DNA from: an uncultured Pseudomonadota bacterium
GTDB lineage: Bacteria; Pseudomonadota; Gammaproteobacteria; Ga0077536
Assembly (NCBI GenBank): GCA_913047675.1
Contig: CAJWTO010000004.1
Coordinates: 2,134 to 66,133, forward strand
DNA: 64,000 nucleotides
Reading direction: 5' to 3'
Position numbers and translations under genes: made by a program. Under the pieces are notes generated by a model. It made no database searches. It was not told the origin of the DNA and was given only the letters and a program-made list of their open reading frames with translations. How positions within the stretch are numbered: position 1 is the stretch's first letter; each line of letters opens with the position of its first letter. Below, piece by piece: positions 9,177 through 16,302 of the stretch.

Positions 9177-10190
9177 GTGGAGGTGAAGGGAGTGTTTAGT
9201 TTCAGATTGCGTCTAGGTATATCGTTAGTTGTGTTTTTTATATGCGTGATGGGTATGGGAGTGACTTTCGCGCACGGAGGAGGTGACCCCGCTGACGAGC
9301 GGCCTATATGGACATGGACACCTGAGCAGATTATTGAAGAAGTCACTCGCGTGAGGGCCGGTGAAGATTTATTGCCAAAATCCTGGCCTAAGAATAAACG
9401 TGTTGCGGTGAGCTTTTCTTTTGATGTTGATACAGAGCCAGTCTGGATGGGTTTTCAGGAGCAATCAAGTCCGTCCTATATGTCTAGAGGCGAATATGGC
9501 GCACGGAGAGGTATGCCTCGCGTTATGGATCTTTTAGATAAGCATAAGATACCTGCGTCTTTTTTCATTCCTGCGATGACCATGGAACTTCATCCGCAGA
9601 TAATTCCTATGATTCAAAAAAACCCGCGCAATGAGATTGGGTTCCACTCCTACGTACATGAAAATCCAATGCGTCTTACTCCGAGCGAAGAAAGAAATAT
9701 ATATGCGCAAGCAATGAGTATTTTTGTAAAACATGTGGGTAAAAGGCCTACCGGTTTTCGCTCCGCCGCCTGGGATCTTAATAAATCTACCGTGGCGATA
9801 GTAAAAGAAATGGGTTTTGTATATGAGAGCAGCATGATGGCTGATGATAATCCTTATGCCCTTATCTCAGAGGGTGAAGATACAGGACTTATCGAACTGC
9901 CTGTTGAGTGGATCCTCGATGATTGGCCTTTGTTTCAAATATCTTGGCCGAGTAAGCATGTGGCGTTGCGAAATGCGGAAGATGTGTACTCCATTTGGAA
10001 AGATGAATTCGATGTGGCCTATGACGAGGGTGGAATGTACATCTTGACGATGCATCCTCAGGTGATCGGTCACCGATACAGGATTGCGATGTTGGATAAA
10101 TTGATTACACATATGAAGAGTAAACCCGGGGTCTGGTTTGCTACACACGAAGAAATAGCTTTTTATGTAAAAGAACAGGCTGGTCGTTAG
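9177..10190 (+). CDS. polysaccharide deacetylase family protein, exported
   Basis: VAVSFSFDVDTEP...ASFFIPAMTMELHP...GFHSYVHENP is the NodB-type deacetylase pattern. The N-terminus has a Sec-type signal (LGISLVVFFICVMGMGVTFA|HGG). An alternative GTG start at 9192 lies 7 nt after GGAGGT. Confidence 0.75.
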   Translation: MEVKGVFSFRLRLGISLVVFFICVMGMGVTFAHGGGDPADERPIWTWTPEQIIEEVTRVRAGEDLLPKSWPKNKRVAVSFSFDVDTEPVWMGFQEQSSPSYMSRGEYGARRGMPRVMDLLDKHKIPASFFIPAMTMELHPQIIPMIQKNPRNEIGFHSYVHENPMRLTPSEERNIYAQAMSIFVKHVGKRPTGFRSAAWDLNKSTVAIVKEMGFVYESSMMADDNPYALISEGEDTGLIELPVEWILDDWPLFQISWPSKHVALRNAEDVYSIWKDEFDVAYDEGGMYILTMHPQVIGHRYRIAMLDKLITHMKSKPGVWFATHEEIAFYVKEQAGR

Positions 10191-10191
10191 T

Positions 10192-10806
10192 TTGCAAACC
10201 GTCGTGCATTATTTTGATTATAAAAGCCCTTATGCTTATTTGGCGCAAGAAGGTACGTTCAATATTGCTAAGCGCGATGATGTCAAAATGGTTTGGGTGC
10301 CTTATGGTCTTAAAATAGGTAAATACCTTGGAGAAGCTGCCTTAGACGATGCCGGTGAAGATACGATTAAAACTCGAAACGATCACCAATGGCGACGCGT
10401 TAGATATTCTTATATGGATTGTAGGCGTGAAGCGAATAAGAGAGGTCTAACGTTATTGGGTCCTAAGAAAATTTTTGATAGTTCGCTTTCGCATATGGCA
10501 TTTCTATTCCTGTCAAAAAGTGGAAATCCTAAGCGATTTCATTGTTCAGTCTTTAAACGATTTTGGGAGCGTAAGCTTAATATAGAGAGCTGTGGTGCCC
10601 TTATAGAACTCATGCTCGAACTTGGATATAAAACCGAGGGATTTGACTCCTACGTGGAAAGTGAGGGTAAAGAAAATTATCTGGAGATCCAAGCAGAAGT
10701 TGAGCGAAAGGGAGTTTTTGGCGTTCCTTCATGGAGGATAAATGGAGAATTATTCTGGGGAGCGGAGCATTTAGATTCTATAAATGAGCTACTTAATTCG
10801 AATTGA
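10192..10806 (+). CDS. DsbA-like 2-hydroxychromene-2-carboxylate isomerase family protein
   Basis: YFDYKSPYAYLAQ at the N-terminus and GVFGVPSWRINGELFWGAEHLD at the C-terminus are characteristic of the HCCA isomerase/DsbA-like thioredoxin family. It starts 1 nt after the upstream stop. Confidence 0.8.
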   Translation: MQTVVHYFDYKSPYAYLAQEGTFNIAKRDDVKMVWVPYGLKIGKYLGEAALDDAGEDTIKTRNDHQWRRVRYSYMDCRREANKRGLTLLGPKKIFDSSLSHMAFLFLSKSGNPKRFHCSVFKRFWERKLNIESCGALIELMLELGYKTEGFDSYVESEGKENYLEIQAEVERKGVFGVPSWRINGELFWGAEHLDSINELLNSN

Positions 10807-11080
10807 GTATTTCATCGATACGTAGTGAAACTCGGTCGGTCCAAGGGCACTTTTTTCGGATAAATAAGTTGTTGGCATAACGTTTTTCTCGTAGCATTCT
10901 TGGAGAAGTTACTGTTGCGGTGTCTGCCAGATAATATCTGCCACCGTTTACAGAGGTCGTTAATATAAACTGTAAGAATTTGTATGCCATTGCAATATTA
11001 TTTTGAAAAGCTAAACCTGATGAGTACGAAAGCAACGATGAATTTTTTGAAGGGTATTTCTATTTGTTTAAACCTCGAAT

Positions 11081-11779
11081 TTGTTGGATGTGGAAAATAA
11101 TATGGAAGACTTTGCTACGGCGAAAGTTGAAGATTGCCTCGGACCGACCGAAATTATTGATTCAAATAATAGTATCGTAACTAAGTTCTTGGAAGAAAAC
11201 CTAGCTGGTGAGACCTCTATTGAACATGCGATTTCACTATATTATGCCGTACGCGATAAAGTTCGTTACGACGCCTATGATATTGATTTGTCCCCAGAAG
11301 GGCTCAGTGCTAGCCGGGCATTAGAACTGAATCACGGTTGGTGTGTAAGTAAGGCTGTTTTGTTGGCGGCCCTTTGTAGGGCGTGTGATATTCCAGCAGC
11401 TCTTGGGTATGCCGATGTGAAGAATCATTTATCCACCGAGCGTCTGCGGGAGACTATGGGGACTGACGTTTTTTATTGGCATGGTTATACCGCAATTTGG
11501 CTAAACGATACTTGGGTTAAGGCAACGCCCGCCTTCAATATTGGACTTTGTGAAAAATTCCGGATCAAGCCATTAGAATTTGATGGCGCGGAGGACTCGA
11601 TTTATCATCCGTTTGACTTGGACGGTAGAAAGCACATGGATTATTTGAGTTACAAAGGGGAATTTTCTGATGTGCCTTTGGAACGTATCAGAGCAGACTT
11701 TTCGAAATTCTATCCAAAACTATCCATGCTTAAGCAAGGCGGAGACTTTGATAGTGAAGTAGATATCGAGGTCTCCTAA
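11081..11779 (+). CDS. transglutaminase-like cysteine peptidase family protein
   Basis: GWCVSKAVLLAALCRACDIPAALGYADVKNH is the transglutaminase core with the catalytic Cys. TTG start at 11081, or ATG at 11102. Confidence 0.75.
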   Translation: MLDVENNMEDFATAKVEDCLGPTEIIDSNNSIVTKFLEENLAGETSIEHAISLYYAVRDKVRYDAYDIDLSPEGLSASRALELNHGWCVSKAVLLAALCRACDIPAALGYADVKNHLSTERLRETMGTDVFYWHGYTAIWLNDTWVKATPAFNIGLCEKFRIKPLEFDGAEDSIYHPFDLDGRKHMDYLSYKGEFSDVPLERIRADFSKFYPKLSMLKQGGDFDSEVDIEVS

Positions 11780-11798
11780 TTAATTGAATATGCCACTA

Positions 11799-12605
11799 TC
11801 ATTGGGTAGCGTTTGGGAAAAATAGTTGTCTGCTATTTAGCTTGTACGAACCGATCAAAGTCTGACCTTCGTTGCCGGTCATCCATCCGACAAATTCCAT
11901 CGCTAACTCTTTTTTTACATGTTTATGCTTCGCAGGATTGACTAAAATCAGACTATATTGATTATTGAGAAGAGGATCTCCACTGAATATGACTTTATGT
12001 GATCTTTTGTTTTTATATGCGATCCACGTGGCGCTATCGGTTAAGGTATAGGCATTCAATTCAACCGCAGTATTTATTGCTGTACCCATTCCTCCTCCAA
12101 TATCTAAGTACCAGTCTGCACTAGATGTGTTGATCTTAAATTTATTCCAGAGTGCTAGTTCACGTTTATGGGTCCCACTTAGGTCCCCTCGCGAGATCCA
12201 CCGCTTTCCTTTTTGTTCGACTAATGTGAGTACTTCGGAAAGCTTCGATAACTGATTCAATTCCTCATCACTCGCCGGACCTATGATCAAGAATTGGTTA
12301 TACATTACGGGATATCGCTTTACTCCAAAACCGGACTGAATGAATTTTAGTTCTGCGTTTTTCGCGTGTACCATTACAATGTCTGCATTTCCATTTTCGG
12401 CATTTTTCAGTGCTTGACCAGTACCCACTGCAACTACCCTTACTTCAGTTCCGGTCAAAGCTTTATATTTAGGCAGTAGGTAGTCTAGTAGGCCAGAATT
12501 TTGGGTTGAAGTAGTAGACTGCATGAGTATGAAATCATCAGCCCACGACTGTTGGAAGAAAATAAAACTGAGGAAAAAGGAGAGTGCAAGAGCAGTTTTG
12601 TTCAT
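11799..12605 (-). CDS. TupA-like periplasmic oxyanion (tungstate/molybdate-type) binding protein, orphan
   Basis: Sec signal (MNKTALALSFFLSFIFFQQSWA|DD), then STTSTQNSGLLDYLLP, which matches the TTTS...SGL anion-binding motif of TupA-type PBPs. No ABC permease or ATPase gene is present in the window. Confidence 0.7.
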   Translation of the reverse strand: MNKTALALSFFLSFIFFQQSWADDFILMQSTTSTQNSGLLDYLLPKYKALTGTEVRVVAVGTGQALKNAENGNADIVMVHAKNAELKFIQSGFGVKRYPVMYNQFLIIGPASDEELNQLSKLSEVLTLVEQKGKRWISRGDLSGTHKRELALWNKFKINTSSADWYLDIGGGMGTAINTAVELNAYTLTDSATWIAYKNKRSHKVIFSGDPLLNNQYSLILVNPAKHKHVKKELAMEFVGWMTGNEGQTLIGSYKLNSRQLFFPNATQ

Positions 12606-12629
12606 GATAGGACAGGTGTTAGGGAGGCA

Positions 12630-14024
12630 TTAGTACATATAAGAAACTTGTGCGTACCCATAATATATATTTTTGCCGAATGTGTCAGGTTCTATGATCC
12701 TACTAAACTTCCCTACACGCAAGTAAGCTGATCCCAGTTCCAAGTGCAAAGTATGTGGTATGATCTTCCACCGCATGCGCACTTCCAATTGTTGTCCCAG
12801 AAAGCGCGGTGCAATGTTGGCTACGTCACTTATACCACTCGCTACCCAAGCATCAGATTTTGAAGCCCTCCAAAACCCACGATAACTCGACATGAACTCA
12901 GTGAAGCGTGACGGCTTTAAGGTGATTCTCAAACCAATACTATTCAGATTACTCCTTTTAAATGGCCCATATATTCCAGTGGGGCCATAGTCAAATCGCC
13001 TAGCACCAAACAAGCTATCAAAACGCCCATTTCGATTATCGTTGCCGTTGCTGTCTCCCGATGCGTAATCGTATTCTAAGGCTACTCGAGGCGTGTAAAT
13101 AACTGGTGCACTAAAGCCAATTTCTACATGATGAAAATGGGCAAAATGCTCTAGATCAACTTTGTCGGTAATCTTTTTTGACTTCCTTGATTCTCCGAAT
13201 TGATATACGGACTCCACCAGGTAGTCAAAACGACCGGTCTTTCTCGGTTTTTTTACGGTGATACCCGCGGTAATTAGATCTCGGTTTGATGTGACAGTCT
13301 TTTGGGAGTCGTTCTCATGGAGTCCGAGACCGAAAACGCTTAATTCGTGATCTTGAATTAATGATTTGTCGGTATACGATACGCCCCAGAAATGAGCTCG
13401 GCCGCTTGGACGGTCATATTCAATGCGATTATTTTTAAGGTTAGAAGTATCGTCGGGTGCACGATTTACCGGTAGAGTATAAAACATCTGGAGTTCGTTC
13501 CCTTGCTTAGTTTCATACTTCCATTCAGCACCGGAGAATGTGTTCATAGTATTTCTGAATTTACTTCTTGCAACTAAACGCCGACTGCCAACATTAAGAG
13601 TCAGACGTCCGACTCGGAGACTTGATCGACCATCCTTCTCAAATAGATTTTGATGTTCCCACATAAGATAGCCTTGTATTAGCTCAATCGGATTTACCAT
13701 ACTAGTTGAAAGGGGAGAGCCGTTGTCGTCCAAGAATGCACGAGAATCGCCGGCCTCTATTACGAAGTTGAAGTCACTTGACTTGATGCCTATGGCTAGC
13801 AGTGTTCGTAAGGCAATCTGTTGATCGCTACCTCGTCCTTGGGAACGGAATTGCTTGTTGAGAGATTCATATCGGATCCTTTGGGAACCTGAGACGTAGA
13901 ACCACGAGGGCATTGTTTCAACTCGATTTTCTGTGTCGAATAGAGATGCTCCGTTGCCACAAACGTGGAATGATGTGAGAAATACAAGAGCAATTAGATA
14001 TGTTAGTTTATGCGACATAGCCAT
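12630..14024 (-). CDS. outer-membrane beta-barrel channel, alginate-export (AlgE-like) family
   Basis: The N-terminal signal and the SGSQRIRYESLNKQFR start motif are typical of the alginate_exp domain. The sequence alternates in an amphipathic pattern and ends in the aromatic C-terminus YAQVSYMY. Confidence 0.7.
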   Translation of the reverse strand: MAMSHKLTYLIALVFLTSFHVCGNGASLFDTENRVETMPSWFYVSGSQRIRYESLNKQFRSQGRGSDQQIALRTLLAIGIKSSDFNFVIEAGDSRAFLDDNGSPLSTSMVNPIELIQGYLMWEHQNLFEKDGRSSLRVGRLTLNVGSRRLVARSKFRNTMNTFSGAEWKYETKQGNELQMFYTLPVNRAPDDTSNLKNNRIEYDRPSGRAHFWGVSYTDKSLIQDHELSVFGLGLHENDSQKTVTSNRDLITAGITVKKPRKTGRFDYLVESVYQFGESRKSKKITDKVDLEHFAHFHHVEIGFSAPVIYTPRVALEYDYASGDSNGNDNRNGRFDSLFGARRFDYGPTGIYGPFKRSNLNSIGLRITLKPSRFTEFMSSYRGFWRASKSDAWVASGISDVANIAPRFLGQQLEVRMRWKIIPHTLHLELGSAYLRVGKFSRIIEPDTFGKNIYYGYAQVSYMY

Positions 14025-14058
14025 TCTCGTAAGTTTCGGCAGAGATTGATCATAGTAT

Positions 14059-14128
14059 TCACAAATAGCGAAATTTTATTCACATTATATAAGAGTTATC
14101 AACAAATTATATTAGATACTCACATTAT
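14059..14128. promoter_or_regulatory. phased direct repeats with core TCACA in the divergent porin/yqeC-like promoter region
   Basis: TATTCACAaat (core from 14059), tATTCACATTAT (TCACATTAT 14080-14088) and aCTCACATTAT (TCACATTAT 14120-14128). The spacings are 21 and 40 nt, about 2 and 4 helical turns. The AT-rich background lowers their significance. Confidence 0.25.
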
Positions 14129-14170
14129 TTTGCACACAATTACTATTTATTTTGATTGAGGATTTTAGGC

Positions 14171-14929
14171 ATGCAAACAACTAGGCCCAATAATTTGTTA
14201 TCTGTCTTAGATCTTTCGGGTGGTGTGGTAAGTTTGGTTGGTGCTGGGGGGAAAAAAACTACTATGTACCAGTTGGCCTCACTATTTGATGGCCGAGTAG
14301 CATTAACATCGACTTCGCACATGTTTCAGTATGATGAAACCAAGGTTGACCTAGTCACAATTGATCGAAATTCTACGCTTGAATTTAATTCGGATGCTCG
14401 AGTAGTGGCCTACGCGGGACCAACAGAAACGCGAAATCGAGTCGGAGGTTTAATGCCCTCGCAGATTGAAACTATTTGGCGCAAGGGTAAGTACGATCTA
14501 TTGGTTATAAAGGCGGATGGTGCACGATCGAGGATGATAAAAGCGCCGGCTGATCATGAGCCGCTTATCCCAGACTTTACGCAGCTAGTTCTACCTCTGA
14601 CATCTGGGCTAGTCATTGGTCAGCCCCTTACATCTTTGATCGCCCACCGTGTCGACTTGTTGGCGCAAACTTTGGATCTAGCAGTAGGGGACATGATTAG
14701 GCCATTACATTTGGCTAAATTAATTGCATCGCCAAAAGGGAGTCTCCAAGGCACAAAAAATATGAGAGTTGTTCCAGTAATTAATATGGTGGACGATGCG
14801 CGAATAGAGGCTACCTGTACCGAAGCTGCACTAACAGCACTTTCGCTGACAAACCGATTCGATAGGATTGTTCTAGCTGAGTTACGACACTCGAAAGTTG
14901 TTAAGGTGATCGATCGATCAACTCTGTAA
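14171..14929 (+). CDS. YqeC-like P-loop accessory protein (selenium-dependent molybdenum hydroxylase maturation family)
   Basis: VSLVGAGGKKTTMYQLA is a Walker-A-like motif and LLVIKADGARSRMIKAPADHEPLIP matches my recollection of the YqeC family. The size fits (~252-257 aa). ATG at 14171 (the ORF-track TTG is at 14156). Confidence 0.55.
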   Translation: MQTTRPNNLLSVLDLSGGVVSLVGAGGKKTTMYQLASLFDGRVALTSTSHMFQYDETKVDLVTIDRNSTLEFNSDARVVAYAGPTETRNRVGGLMPSQIETIWRKGKYDLLVIKADGARSRMIKAPADHEPLIPDFTQLVLPLTSGLVIGQPLTSLIAHRVDLLAQTLDLAVGDMIRPLHLAKLIASPKGSLQGTKNMRVVPVINMVDDARIEATCTEAALTALSLTNRFDRIVLAELRHSKVVKVIDRSTL

Positions 14930-14930
14930 G

Positions 14931-16127
14931 CTAGTCTTCGCTTAGAACGCTTTTCATCGACTCGATGAAGTACGCGATATTCCTATCATTAATGCCCGCT
15001 ACATTTATTCTGCTAGAGTCCACCATATAAATGGCGTAAGTTTCTTGTAGCTTAGCAACCTGCGCCGCGGAGATGCCTAAAAATGAAAACATTCCGCGTT
15101 GCGTTTTTATAAACGAAAAATCTCGGCTCGTTGCGTCACTTAATCCGCTGGCAAGCTCGGTACGGAGAAGATTGATCCTATTGCGCATTGACTCCAGTTC
15201 TTTACGCCACATTGTTTTTAGTCTCTCGTCTCCTAAAATACTTTCTACAATTGCAGCACCGTGTGACGGTGGCATCGAGTAGATCCCTCGTACCACTGAA
15301 CCAAGCTGGCTTTGCACTACATTAGATTGCTTAGTATTTGGACTTACTATTTGTAAACTACCTACCCTTTCTCGGTAAAGTCCAAAATTTTTAGAGTATG
15401 AGCTTGCGACAATTAGTTCAGCACATGCCTCTCCTAGGATACGCACTCCCATTGAGTCTTTTATAAGACTTTCACCTAGGCCTTGGTAGGCTAGGTCGAT
15501 GAAAGGAATAAACCCTTTCTTATTAGCAATTTGCGCTACTGCTTCCCAATGCGATTGTTCTAAGTCAACGCCTGAAGGGTTGTGACAACAACCATGCAGT
15601 AAAACGATATCACCAGCAGGAACTGATTCTAGCGCAGTGAATAGTTCAGTTTCGTTTAGCGAGCGTGAATCACTATCGTAGTAGGCGTATTCCTTAATAT
15701 TGATTCCAGCATCACCAAGTAAAGGTCTGTGATTAGCCCATGTCGGATTACTTACCCAAATCGTAGTCTGGAGGTTTGCTCGTTTGACGAGTTCAGCTGC
15801 AACCCTCAGGGCACCGCATCCCCCAGGAGTCTGAACGCCAGCTATGCGGCCATCTGCTAGCGCGGAGTGTTCCGAACCGAACATCATGTCACGACTCAGT
15901 TCGTTGAACCGTGGAGTCCCGGGCGGACCGATGTACGCTTTTGTAGATTCCATCTGGTGATGGAGTTGCTGGGCTTCCAAAACGCTATTCATTATCGGCG
16001 TTTGTCCCGATTCATCGCGATAAACTCCTACTCCTAGGTCTATCTTATTTGTATTTTTATCTTTGTTGAAAGCTGCCATTAATCCTAGGATTGGGTCTGG
16101 ACTAAGGGTTTCAAGATTTTCGAACAT
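14931..16127 (-). CDS. aspartate/aromatic-amino-acid aminotransferase (AspC/TyrB family, class I PLP)
   Basis: 398 aa with SSYSKNFGLYRERVG (PLP-lysine motif) and LLHGCCHNPSG. It aligns by eye along its full length to E. coli AspC/TyrB. Confidence 0.9.
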   Translation of the reverse strand: MFENLETLSPDPILGLMAAFNKDKNTNKIDLGVGVYRDESGQTPIMNSVLEAQQLHHQMESTKAYIGPPGTPRFNELSRDMMFGSEHSALADGRIAGVQTPGGCGALRVAAELVKRANLQTTIWVSNPTWANHRPLLGDAGINIKEYAYYDSDSRSLNETELFTALESVPAGDIVLLHGCCHNPSGVDLEQSHWEAVAQIANKKGFIPFIDLAYQGLGESLIKDSMGVRILGEACAELIVASSYSKNFGLYRERVGSLQIVSPNTKQSNVVQSQLGSVVRGIYSMPPSHGAAIVESILGDERLKTMWRKELESMRNRINLLRTELASGLSDATSRDFSFIKTQRGMFSFLGISAAQVAKLQETYAIYMVDSSRINVAGINDRNIAYFIESMKSVLSED

Positions 16128-16253
16128 TGTTTACTTTTCTCCAAAAAATTTAGTTTCGCTCGACGCGTTTGAAACAGATGGCGATGTCACTGTGTAATTA
16201 TAGTGCTAATGAGAATTTGATATTTATTTTTTTAGAGCTGGATAGTTTTCTCA

Positions 16254-16301
16254 GTGTAAAGCATTTATACTGTATATCTATACAGTATAAATGCTTTACA
16301 C
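16254..16301. repeat. 48-nt perfect palindrome (23-nt arms, 2-nt spacer TC) enclosing the SOS box
   Basis: GTGTAAAGCATTTATACTGTATA-TC-TATACAGTATAAATGCTTTACAC. All 23 arm positions were checked as complementary. The symmetry breaks at the next base on each side. Confidence 0.95.
16268..16287. promoter_or_regulatory. LexA (SOS) box upstream of dnaE2
   Basis: TACTGTATATCTATACAGTA matches the gammaproteobacterial consensus TACTGTATATATATACAGTA (CTGT-N8-ACAG) at 18 of 20 positions; the two central bases (TC for AT) differ. It ends 16 nt before the ATG at 16303. Confidence 0.85.
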
Positions 16302-16302
16302 C

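Noticed and set aside
10793-11035. An 80-aa ORF on the minus strand in the 274-bp gap.
   Set aside because: It has no Shine-Dalgarno sequence and no recognisable motif or composition bias. It also overlaps the stop of the DsbA-like gene.
14025-14155. A Moco riboswitch or ModE operator upstream of the porin/TupA-like operon.
   Set aside because: The region is almost pure A/T. It lacks the GC-rich paired elements of the Moco RNA motif and has no ModE-like inverted repeat that I could recognise.
16188-16205. A second SOS-like sequence, CACTGTGTAATTATAGTG, upstream of the main box.
   Set aside because: Only the CTGT half matches. The other half is AGTG instead of ACAG, so it is unlikely to be a functional LexA site.
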